A stretch of 41,962 nucleotides of DNA from a virus. Its lineage: Duplodnaviria; Caudoviricetes. The stretch is taken from the IMG/VR virus record IMGVR_UViG_3300027986_000017, positions 1-41,962 of that record; one strand, given 5' to 3'. Each line of letters begins with the position of its first letter. The stretch's first letter is position 1. Position numbers and translations under genes: made by a program. Below, piece by piece: positions 34,417-41,962 of the stretch. The notes beneath the pieces were generated by a model. That model saw only the letters and a list, made by a program, of their open reading frames with translations, searched no databases and was not told the origin of the DNA.

Positions 34417-34644
34417 ATGAGCCTGCAGATCTGCCTCGGCCGAAGTCTCGCCATCCTGCAGCTGTGGCACTACGACGCCGCGGTGGACTCTCGGGTGATT
34501 TTCAAGCTCGCTTTGTGTCGCGAGCCAAAGTGGTGGGGCTTCAACTTCGAACATCCCTACGGCGGCGGCCTCATGTGGCACTTCCGATTCGGCAAACACC
34601 GGTGGGCTTATGTCTGCCGCGGGCCGCTCGAGAGGGTTTACTAG
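34417..34644 (+). CDS. Hypothetical Trp-rich protein
   Basis: GGAG RBS; fills the gap before the portal gene. Confidence 0.5.
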   Translation: MSLQICLGRSLAILQLWHYDAAVDSRVIFKLALCREPKWWGFNFEHPYGGGLMWHFRFGKHRWAYVCRGPLERVY

Positions 34645-34647
34645 CCG

Positions 34648-36720
34648 ATGCCCTACGACGTCGACAAGCTCGTCGCAACCGCTCGGGCGCGCCTGGCATC
34701 TGCGCGCGCGGCCGAACAGGAGATCCGCGACGAAGCGGCGATCGACAAACGCTTCCTGATCGGCAAGCAGTGGGACGAGAAGGTCAGAAACGAGCGCATC
34801 GCCGGCGGCAAAGCCGCGCTGACCATCAACCGGCTCGGCGCCTTCCGCAACCAGGTCGTAAACGACATCCGCCAGAACAACCCGCAGGCGCGCGTCTCAC
34901 CGCGGCGCGACGGGACCAAGGAAACCGCGGAAGTCTATGAAGGCCTGATCCGCGCGATCCAGTACGACTCCGACTCGCAGATCGCTTTCACCGAGGCCGC
35001 GAAATACGCGATCGGATCGAGCTACGGCGTGTTCCAGCTCGTCGCCGAGCTGGTCGACGAGGAAACCGGCGAGCACGATCTCAAAATCGAACCGGTCTAC
35101 GATCCGGACACCGTGTTTTTCGATAACCACGCGATGAAGCCCGACCGGAGCGATTCGCGCTGGGCGATGAAGCTCGTCCCGATGAGCCGGATCGAATTCA
35201 TGGAGCGGTGGCCCAACGCGGAGGCGACCGGCCAGAACTTCGCAAGCGGCGAAACCGAGTGGATGGATCCGCGCGGCGATGGCGCTCACGTTCTCGTCGC
35301 GGAGTACTTCTGCATCGAAGAGGCCGGCAGCTCGAACGTCGCGCTCGGCGCCGATCTCGAAGGCGAGGACGCCAAACCGGCGCGCAAGCGCAAGGAAAAG
35401 GGCAAAGAGCTCGTCAAGCACATCATCAATGGCGTCGAGGAGCTCGAGCCGCCCACGCTGCTGCCTGGCACGCGCGTGCCGCTGTTCCCGGTCTACGGCG
35501 ATGAAATGTGGGTCGACGGCAAGCGCAACATCGGCTCGCTGATCCGCGACTCGCGCGACCTGAACGTTCTCTACAACTGGGAATCGACCAACGAAGCCGA
35601 AACGCTGGCGATGAACAGCAAAAACCCGTATCTCGCGACGCCGGCGATGATCCAGGGCCACGAAAAAGAGTGGAAGCAGATGAACACGACGAACCGCAAC
35701 TACGTCCTATTCAATCCGGATCCGCTCATTCAGGGCGGCAAGCCCTTCCGCGACTGGGCCGAGCCGCCGATCGCGGCCATCTCCCAGGCTAAGGCGCAGA
35801 CCGCCAACGAAATGCGCGACGTGATCGGCCTGCACGATCCGTCGCTCGGAAAGCAGCAGTACGCGGGCCAAAGCGGCCGCGCGATCGCGCAGCTTCGAAG
35901 TGAAGGCGACCTCGCCACCTACCACTACACCGACAACCTGTCGCGGGCGATTCGCTCCATGTGTCACTGCCTGCTCGAGTGGATCCCGTGGTACTACGAC
36001 ACCGAGCGCGAAATCGTGATCCTCGGCGAGGATCTGGCCGAGAAGATCGTGCGCGTGAACACCGAGCAGCCGCACACAGACGAAGAGACCGGCAAGACCT
36101 ATCACCACCAGCTGGGCGTCGGGAAGTATTCCGTGGTGGTCAAGATCGGGCCGAGCTACGACACCGAGCGCGAAGAAGAAGACGCCTTCTGGGAAGCGAC
36201 GGTCAAGGCGGCGCCCGAGCTGATGATGGTTTTCGGCGATCAGTATTTCGCGCACAAGGACGTCGCCGGCGCCGACATCGCGGCCGACCGGATGAAGCGG
36301 TTCATCGCGATGAAGACGCCAGGCCTGATCGAGGACGACAAGGGTGCGAGCGTTCCGCCCCAGGTCCAGGCGCAGATGGCCCAGATGCAGCAGCAGCTGC
36401 AGCAGCTGCAGCAGCAACTTCAGCAGGCGATGCTGGTCATCAAAACGAAGCAGATCGAGTCGCAGGGCCGCGTCCAGGTCGAGCAGATCAAGCAGCACGG
36501 CACGCTGATGAAGGCCGCGCTCGAAACGCAGACTGCGGCGCATTCCGACGTCCTGGCGCATAAGCGCGACATGGTCAAGATGCTCCTCTCCGAGCTGATG
36601 GACGCGGCCGAGCACATGGGCCAGATGGATCACGAACACGCCCTCATCGACCACCAGGCGGCCGTGGCGCCGCCGCCGATGGCGCCGGCAGCCGGCGACC
36701 AGGGAGCACCTCAGCAATGA
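34648..36720 (+). CDS. Portal protein, P22 gp1-like
   Basis: GKQW...LTINRL, SGRAI, DTEREIVILGED, GKYSVVV..GPSY.T.REE; Gln-rich barrel coiled coil. Confidence 0.92.
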   Translation: MPYDVDKLVATARARLASARAAEQEIRDEAAIDKRFLIGKQWDEKVRNERIAGGKAALTINRLGAFRNQVVNDIRQNNPQARVSPRRDGTKETAEVYEGLIRAIQYDSDSQIAFTEAAKYAIGSSYGVFQLVAELVDEETGEHDLKIEPVYDPDTVFFDNHAMKPDRSDSRWAMKLVPMSRIEFMERWPNAEATGQNFASGETEWMDPRGDGAHVLVAEYFCIEEAGSSNVALGADLEGEDAKPARKRKEKGKELVKHIINGVEELEPPTLLPGTRVPLFPVYGDEMWVDGKRNIGSLIRDSRDLNVLYNWESTNEAETLAMNSKNPYLATPAMIQGHEKEWKQMNTTNRNYVLFNPDPLIQGGKPFRDWAEPPIAAISQAKAQTANEMRDVIGLHDPSLGKQQYAGQSGRAIAQLRSEGDLATYHYTDNLSRAIRSMCHCLLEWIPWYYDTEREIVILGEDLAEKIVRVNTEQPHTDEETGKTYHHQLGVGKYSVVVKIGPSYDTEREEEDAFWEATVKAAPELMMVFGDQYFAHKDVAGADIAADRMKRFIAMKTPGLIEDDKGASVPPQVQAQMAQMQQQLQQLQQQLQQAMLVIKTKQIESQGRVQVEQIKQHGTLMKAALETQTAAHSDVLAHKRDMVKMLLSELMDAAEHMGQMDHEHALIDHQAAVAPPPMAPAAGDQGAPQQ

Positions 36721-36968
36721 AACGCCTGATTCCTCTCGCCCTACTCGCGCTGGTCGCTTTCGCGCCGGCTCGCGACAAGAAAGACGTCGAGCGCATCGCC
36801 CAGCTCGAGCACCAGGTCGCCGAGCTCAAGCAGGGCCAGGACGCGATCGACGCCGGCGCGCGCGATGCGTTCGAGCGGGTCCAGACGATCATCCTCCACC
36901 TGATCGAGGCCGCCCAGGACGCCGACGAGCGGATTTCACGGCTCGAGCACATGAACAAGGCCGAGTAG
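36717..36968 (+). CDS. Signal/anchor plus coiled-coil protein
   Basis: MKRLIPLALLALVAFA; heptad pattern. Confidence 0.6.
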   Translation: MKRLIPLALLALVAFAPARDKKDVERIAQLEHQVAELKQGQDAIDAGARDAFERVQTIILHLIEAAQDADERISRLEHMNKAE

Positions 36969-36979
36969 TCGGGCATAAT

Positions 36980-37348
36980 ATGCGTGTGAACCGGCGCGGC
37001 TTTCTCGGGATCCTCGGCGGCGCGATCGCCGGCGCCGCGATCGCGACTCCAGCCGTCCGAACACTCCACCAGTTCGGGGTGCAGTTCGAGATCGAGACCT
37101 TTGCGGAATTTCAGCGGCTCTACATCCAGCCGGCCGTGGAGAAGCTCGCGGCGCAGATCGATCGCGCGCTTCTGGATGGCTACGCGACTTACTTCCGCCT
37201 CGGACCATCGGACGAGTTTGAATCCGAGGTGATGGATCGCAACCTTCACGCAGCCCTGGCTCCGTTCCCCGAAGCTCGCTATCGGCAGGAATGGGATCCA
37301 ACACGCCGCACGCATGTCGGCATGATCGACATCGGAATCGCAGCCTAA
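36980..37348 (+). CDS. Tat-signal protein resembling a truncated coat-protein paralog
   Basis: NRRGFLG Tat motif; QFGVQF...YIQPAVEKLAAQID parallels coat QSGVHF...YIKPAAERLANKLD. Confidence 0.65.
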   Translation: MRVNRRGFLGILGGAIAGAAIATPAVRTLHQFGVQFEIETFAEFQRLYIQPAVEKLAAQIDRALLDGYATYFRLGPSDEFESEVMDRNLHAALAPFPEARYRQEWDPTRRTHVGMIDIGIAA

Positions 37349-37360
37349 ACAGCATCATCC

Positions 37361-37376
37361 CGCGAGTGGCGACTAT
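37361..37376 (+). promoter_or_regulatory. CGCGAGTGGCGACTAT motif (head module)
   Basis: Intergenic; identical to the 27389 site. Confidence 0.7.
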
Positions 37377-37383
37377 CTGAGTG

Positions 37384-37509
37384 CCAGCACGCCGGGAAGC
37401 GGCTTTCTAGAAAGGGCCGTCCGGATTGCCTGGTGCCGGGAGGCGATTTTGCCTCTACTTCGAAACGGCATCCGGTGATCCCGACGGCCTTTTCGTTTCC
37501 CGGGCCTGG
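37384..37509 (+). ncRNA. Long (~125 nt) hairpin leader of the scaffold gene
   Basis: Nested stems CCGGGAAGCG/CGTTTCCCGG, GAAAGGGCCGTC/GACGGCCTTTTC, GGATTGCC/GGTGATCC, GGTGCCG/CGGCATC, GAGGC/GCCTC. Confidence 0.55.
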
Positions 37510-37539
37510 TGATTTTCTTGGAGGCCCTTTCGGGAAACC

Positions 37540-38553
37540 ATGCCTGAACCCGCTGTCGCTGAACCGCAAGCACCAAAGACTGAGACGTATGCCGATTTCA
37601 AAACCGGATTCGACAAACCCGCGTCGGCCGCTGCCGATGTCCAGCCCAATGCTCACGGAGTAAACGATCCGCAGGGCTCTGACCCTTCCGCGCCCGCCGG
37701 CGATCCGGCTGCGGCACAACCTGGCGACGGTTCGGACCCGTCTTTGAAGCAGGACAAAGTTGAGAAGCGCAAGCAGCAGATCCAGCGGGATATCGATCAA
37801 CAGGTCGCCCGCAGGGAAGCCGCCAAGCGCGAAGCGGATGCGGAAGAGGAGCGTCTGCGAAAACTCAAAGGCGGAAGCCCGTCGCCCAAAGAATCTGCGC
37901 CGGAAGGCGCTGCCCCGAAACCCTTCGACGGAACCGACCCGAGCGATCCCGAGCCCACACAAGACCAATTCACGGACTACCAGCAGTGGCTGGATGCCCG
38001 CGCCGGCTGGATCGGACGCAAAGAGTTTCGCAAGCTCGAACACAGAAAAACGCAGAAGGCCGCCGAGGAAGCTCAGGCGCGCTCTCGCGAGGAAGCACAG
38101 CGCGGCTATAAGGCCGCCGTGACCGACTTCGAGACGCGCAGCAGCGAGTACGCGGCCGAGCACGATGATTATCCCGACCTGGTCGCCAAGTTCAAGGAGA
38201 CGAAAATCTCTCCCGAAACCCAGGCGTTCCTGCTGTGGGGATGCCAAGGTGAGGAAGGCCCGGCGATGCTCCACCGGCTTATGAAAGAGCCGGACAAGCT
38301 GAAGGAGATCGACGGCCAGAAAACGCCGATTCTGCGGTTCGACGCGCTCTACAAGTTTAAGTACGAATCCCGCATCGCTGAGCTCGAAGCAGAGCTCGCG
38401 CAAGCTCGACAGACGCCTGCTGCACCGAAAAAAAGTTCAGCCCCGCCAGCGGGGACGAATTTACGCGGTGGAGGCAACCCTCCGGTGATCGATGAATCTG
38501 CCGGCTATACAGCCTGGAAGAAGAAATCCTTCGACCCGAAGCACGCAGCGTAA
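37540..38553 (+). CDS. Capsid scaffolding protein
   Basis: Acidic, Pro-rich coiled coil between portal and coat; P..DQF.DY..W motif; C-terminal SAPP.G..L.G. Confidence 0.8.
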   Translation: MPEPAVAEPQAPKTETYADFKTGFDKPASAAADVQPNAHGVNDPQGSDPSAPAGDPAAAQPGDGSDPSLKQDKVEKRKQQIQRDIDQQVARREAAKREADAEEERLRKLKGGSPSPKESAPEGAAPKPFDGTDPSDPEPTQDQFTDYQQWLDARAGWIGRKEFRKLEHRKTQKAAEEAQARSREEAQRGYKAAVTDFETRSSEYAAEHDDYPDLVAKFKETKISPETQAFLLWGCQGEEGPAMLHRLMKEPDKLKEIDGQKTPILRFDALYKFKYESRIAELEAELAQARQTPAAPKKSSAPPAGTNLRGGGNPPVIDESAGYTAWKKKSFDPKHAA

Positions 38554-38595
38554 AGGACTCTCTGATCGAGCGGGCTCGCTATAGGAGCGGGCTCG

Positions 38596-39846
38596 ATGCC
38601 CAACAATTTACTCTCAACGCAAAAGATCCTCTACCGGGGTCTGGCGCGGCTTTCCAACATGCTCGAGATCTGGCCGAACCTGTACGACGGGTACAGCAAG
38701 GAATTCGGGCAGCCTGGCGCGAAAGTCGGCCGCACGGTCGAAGTGAAAAAACCGCAGCGTTTCGTCGGCGTCGACGGCGCGCTGTTTCAACCGGAACCCC
38801 TCGACAATCTGGTCACGCCCGTGAGCGTCACGCAGCAGTCGGGCGTCCACTTCCAGGCCGACACGATGGAAGACTACATGTCCATCGAGGACTGGGACGA
38901 GAACTATATCAAGCCCGCGGCCGAGCGCCTCGCCAACAAGCTCGATTTCGCGGCAGCGCAGTACATGGCGCAGCGGACCTGGAACCTGGTCGGCACCTAC
39001 GGCACCACGCCCACGGGAACGACCGCCTTCAAGCAGTACCTGCTCGCGGCGAAGAAGCTGAAGCAGAATCTGGCGCCGAAGGAAGGCCGCTGCATGGTCA
39101 TCAACTCCGACGCGTCGACTGAAGTCGTCGACGCCTTGAAGGGGCAGTTCAATCCGCAGGCGACCATCTCGAAGATGTTCCAGCGGAACCGCATCGGCAA
39201 AGACACCGGCGGCATGGACTGGTACGAGACGGAAAACCTGGCCTCGCTCACTGCGGGCGCCCAGGCCGGAACTCCTGTGATCAACGGAGCCAATCAGACC
39301 GGCACCGGCGGAAACAACGGCACGATGCAGCTGATCCTCAACGGCTTCACCGCGGCCACCACCGTGAAGCAGGGCGACGTCTTCACCATCGGATCTGGCG
39401 CGACCCTCGTCACGATGACGAACGCCGGCAACTACCAGTCGACTCCGGTAGCCCAGCAGTTCGTGGTCGAAGCCGACGGCACCGCCGACGGAGCGGGCAA
39501 TCTGACGCTGACCATCTCGCCGGCGATCACGCCGAGCGGCCAGTATCAGAACGTCAACCAGGTCGGTGCGAACGGCGCCTCGATTAACTTCCAGTCGCTT
39601 GCCTCGACCGCCTCGACGCAGTACCTGTGCTTCCACGAGACCGCCTACACCGTCGTTTCGGTGCCTGGAAAGGTCCCCGGCGGAACCGACATGGCGTACC
39701 AGGAGCGGGATCCCGAGACCGGGATTTATCTGCGCTTCATTCGTGACTTCGACACCGACACCGACATCTGGAAGTGTCGCTTCGACGTCTACTGGGGAAT
39801 TTCACCGCTGTATCGCGAGCACGCGTGCCGCGTGGCGGGAGCTTAA
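38596..39846 (+). CDS. Major capsid protein, P22 coat (gp5) family
   Basis: KVGRTVEVKKPQRF, YIKPAAERLANKLD, GDVFTI, FHETAY, RFDVYWG. Confidence 0.93.
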   Translation: MPNNLLSTQKILYRGLARLSNMLEIWPNLYDGYSKEFGQPGAKVGRTVEVKKPQRFVGVDGALFQPEPLDNLVTPVSVTQQSGVHFQADTMEDYMSIEDWDENYIKPAAERLANKLDFAAAQYMAQRTWNLVGTYGTTPTGTTAFKQYLLAAKKLKQNLAPKEGRCMVINSDASTEVVDALKGQFNPQATISKMFQRNRIGKDTGGMDWYETENLASLTAGAQAGTPVINGANQTGTGGNNGTMQLILNGFTAATTVKQGDVFTIGSGATLVTMTNAGNYQSTPVAQQFVVEADGTADGAGNLTLTISPAITPSGQYQNVNQVGANGASINFQSLASTASTQYLCFHETAYTVVSVPGKVPGGTDMAYQERDPETGIYLRFIRDFDTDTDIWKCRFDVYWGISPLYREHACRVAGA

Positions 39847-39859
39847 CAAACCCGGTCGA

Positions 39860-39881
39860 GGCCCGGTTCTCGGACCGGGCC
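39860..39881 (+). terminator. Hairpin after the coat gene (no clear U-tract)
   Basis: GGCCCGGT-TCTCGG-ACCGGGCC. Confidence 0.45.
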
Positions 39882-39908
39882 ACTTCCGAGAAAAGGAAAC
39901 AAACGAAA

Positions 39909-40937
39909 ATGACCAAACTTCGCTCGATTCTCTTCTTGCTGGGCCTGCCCATCGTGGCTCTCGCCCAGTCCAACACGCTCACGACCACCACGCTGAGCGC
40001 CGCGATCGCGCAGCCCACCGCGTCGACGCCTCCGGCGCAGTACATCACCGTGGCCTCGGCCACCGGCATCAACGTGCCTTCCATCACCAACGGAACGCAG
40101 GGGACGATGCTGTTTGTCGACCGCGAAGCGATCCGCGTGATCGCCCAGGTCGGATCGACGACCACCTTCCAGGTGCTCCGAGGCCAGAACGGCACTCGAG
40201 CCGTGGGCCACATCTCCGGCGCCTCCGTGCTGATCGGAAACCCGCAATGGTTCAAGCAGTCGGATCCGCTCGGCACGTGCGCGATCGGGACCGAGTACAG
40301 CTCGCCGTGGATCAACACACTCACCGGCGGCATCTGGGTCTGCTCGAACAACCAATACGTGCTCGCCAACCAGTCGGTTTTCATCCCGCCTTCGGCGTGC
40401 TGGATGACCCCGACCACCACGGCATTCACGACCGGCCCGGCTCTCACGCGGACCGGAGCTGGCTCTCAGGTGCTCTCGGGAACGACCAACACCACGGCCG
40501 GCACGATCGCTGTTAACTGCTCGCTCGCCGACATTCAGCTCGGCTTTGCGCCGTCCTTCGGCGTGATGCTCCAGGCTGTCTCGCTTCTCTATGGCGTGCA
40601 GACCACGGCGCTTTCCTCGATCGCGACTGCGATCGTCGACGGCATTACCTACCCCGCCTCCACCGCGGCCGGCGCGGCGGCTGGAGCGACCGTGGCGGCG
40701 ATCGGCGGCACGCTCACGGTGACCCCGACCACGCTGCAGCTGGCGACCACGACGGCGGGCCAGTGCTACGACGAGAAGGTCTCCTTCGGTACTCCGTTCT
40801 ACCTGAACTCGGACACCTTCCAGCCGACGCTTGAGCAGGTGTTCACCACCGCGGGCACCAGCGCGACCACCCTGCAGGTGTGCGGCGTGATTCTTTACTT
40901 CGGTTTGAATCCGCCCGAAATTCTCCCGGTTCCTTAA
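39909..40937 (+). CDS. Signal-peptide, Thr-rich protein in the capsid-decoration position
   Basis: MTKLRSILFLLGLPIVALA-Q; TTTLSAAI...VDRE...V.RGQNGTRAVGH.SGA domain; six Cys. Confidence 0.75.
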   Translation: MTKLRSILFLLGLPIVALAQSNTLTTTTLSAAIAQPTASTPPAQYITVASATGINVPSITNGTQGTMLFVDREAIRVIAQVGSTTTFQVLRGQNGTRAVGHISGASVLIGNPQWFKQSDPLGTCAIGTEYSSPWINTLTGGIWVCSNNQYVLANQSVFIPPSACWMTPTTTAFTTGPALTRTGAGSQVLSGTTNTTAGTIAVNCSLADIQLGFAPSFGVMLQAVSLLYGVQTTALSSIATAIVDGITYPASTAAGAAAGATVAAIGGTLTVTPTTLQLATTTAGQCYDEKVSFGTPFYLNSDTFQPTLEQVFTTAGTSATTLQVCGVILYFGLNPPEILPVP

Positions 40938-40943
40938 CCCTCA

Positions 40944-40984
40944 GGCGGCCCTCAGCTCACCAAGCTGGGGACCGCCCACTTTTC
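40944..40984 (+). terminator. Hairpin plus T-run before adaptor copy 2
   Basis: GGCGGCCCTCAGCT-CACCA-AGCTGGGGACCGCC-CACTTTT. Confidence 0.55.
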
Positions 40985-40986
40985 GC

Positions 40987-41772
40987 ATGGACAAGACGGT
41001 CCAACAGTACGCGCGCGACACGATGCGGATCTGCGGGCAGATGCAGAGGCCCGGCCGCGGAGTCTCGCCCGAGCAGCTCGAAGAGGTGACGTTCTTTTTG
41101 AACCAGCTGCTCGACTCCTGGAACACCATGCGAAACAAGATTTTCCAGGTGGCAGCCGCCATCTACACGCTGAGCCCGAACCTGCAGTACTACCTCATCG
41201 GCCCGAGCGCAGCGCCGACGGTGATCGGCGGCATTTCCTACGGCGCATTCAACGCCGCGCGGCCGCTGAAGATCAGCTTCGCGCAGCTGATCTACCAGAC
41301 GGCGCCGCAAGAGCTCAACCTCGACCTCGAGATCATCGACACCAACCAGCAGGCGAACATCCGCGTCCCTGGCATTTTCTCGATCCCGCTCGAGCTCTAC
41401 TACGACAACGGCTACTCGCAGGCCGTCCCGACGGGCGTCGCGTCGATCTTCCTGTACCCAGGCCCGCAGCTCGGCTACCAGCTGAGGCTCTACACCTGGC
41501 AGGCTCTCAATTCCGCGCTGAACTCGTCCGACACGCTTTTCGTGCCGCCTGGCTACGCTCGCGCGCTGACCTACAACCTGGCTCTCGAGCTGCCGGCGGA
41601 TTACCGCAAAGAGCTCACCGATCGCGAATTCGAAAAGATCGAGCGCACGGCTCAGGAAAGCCGCAACTCGATCGAGAGTCTAAACGCGCCCTGCGAGGAA
41701 GCCGTCGTCGACGTGCCCACCTCTCAGCGCACCGGCCGCAGCCGGTTCAACTGGCTGTCGCCACTCGGATAA
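40987..41772 (+). CDS. Head-tail adaptor, gp4-like (copy 2)
   Basis: Eight aa differences from 52..837. Confidence 0.75.
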   Translation: MDKTVQQYARDTMRICGQMQRPGRGVSPEQLEEVTFFLNQLLDSWNTMRNKIFQVAAAIYTLSPNLQYYLIGPSAAPTVIGGISYGAFNAARPLKISFAQLIYQTAPQELNLDLEIIDTNQQANIRVPGIFSIPLELYYDNGYSQAVPTGVASIFLYPGPQLGYQLRLYTWQALNSALNSSDTLFVPPGYARALTYNLALELPADYRKELTDREFEKIERTAQESRNSIESLNAPCEEAVVDVPTSQRTGRSRFNWLSPLG

Positions 41773-41784
41773 GGAGATTTGTTT

Positions 41785-41958
41785 ATGGCCGACCTCGAAC
41801 CCAAGGAAGTACACGAAGCACGGATCAACGAGAAAAAGGCGCGCAACATCGAGCGCGCGAAAGCTCACTCCGGGCACCAGATCCACAACCAGCCGGGCAT
41901 GCCGCACGAAAAGCTCCAGCATCGCCTGACGAACGTCGACCACAAGGAAGAGGAGTAA
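41785..41958 (+). CDS. 57-aa hypothetical protein (copy 2)
   Basis: Same protein as 860..1033. Confidence 0.8.
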   Translation: MADLEPKEVHEARINEKKARNIERAKAHSGHQIHNQPGMPHEKLQHRLTNVDHKEEE

Positions 41959-41962
41959 CTCC

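Larger units (their letters stand above)
1..41962. mobile_element. P22-like podovirus genome, circularly permuted, ~40.9 kb unit length
   Basis: TerS/TerL, portal, scaffold, P22-type coat, gp4- and gp10-like tail proteins, ejection proteins, lysin and replication initiator all present; ~1 kb end repeat; no host housekeeping genes. Confidence 0.93.
40987..41962 (+). repeat. Right copy of imperfect terminal direct repeat
   Basis: See 52-1038. Confidence 0.97.

Noticed and set aside
39774-39908. -1 frameshift fusing the coat to the downstream protein
   Set aside because: The frame is open, but I see no canonical X XXY YYZ slippery site, and the downstream gene has its own RBS and signal peptide
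1-41962. Frequent CGATCG/GCGATCGC as HIP1-like repeats
   Set aside because: Plausibly due to GCG-ATC-G codon usage; enrichment needs a Markov-model count that I cannot run
1-41962. tRNA, rRNA or host flanking genes
   Set aside because: None recognised by eye; tRNAscan-SE would be needed to exclude tRNAs formally

Overview
The window holds about one genome equivalent (~40.9 kb unit) of a GC-rich, P22-like podovirus, circularly permuted and with no host genes. The ends (52-1038 and 40987-41962) are near-identical but not identical copies of an adaptor gene plus a small ORF. Recognisable modules: tail and ejection genes (52-16152); a divergent operator switch beside a 57-aa KGG-type basic protein (16946-17330); a small serine recombinase followed by a 32-bp repeat/mini-ORF array; a leftward early operon with two HNH nucleases and an iteron-bearing replication initiator; a FliA/WhiG-like sigma factor and a Fis-type HTH protein; lysis genes; TerS-Tad1-TerL; portal, scaffold and P22-type coat. 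Main unusual observations: (1) many fibre-, spike- and decoration-like late proteins carry Sec signal peptides (mostly AxA-Q cleavage) and are Cys-rich, suggesting virion appendages matured in the periplasm; (2) a Tat-signal protein that looks like a miniature paralog of the coat protein; (3) a (GAGT)GGCGACTA motif ahead of nearly every late module, probably the promoter of the phage sigma; (4) a repressor switch with no canonical CI; (5) structured leaders ahead of the lysin, scaffold and coat genes. An Acidobacteriota-like diderm host is inferred only from signal-peptide style and GC content. All family assignments come from reading motifs by eye; no searches were run.
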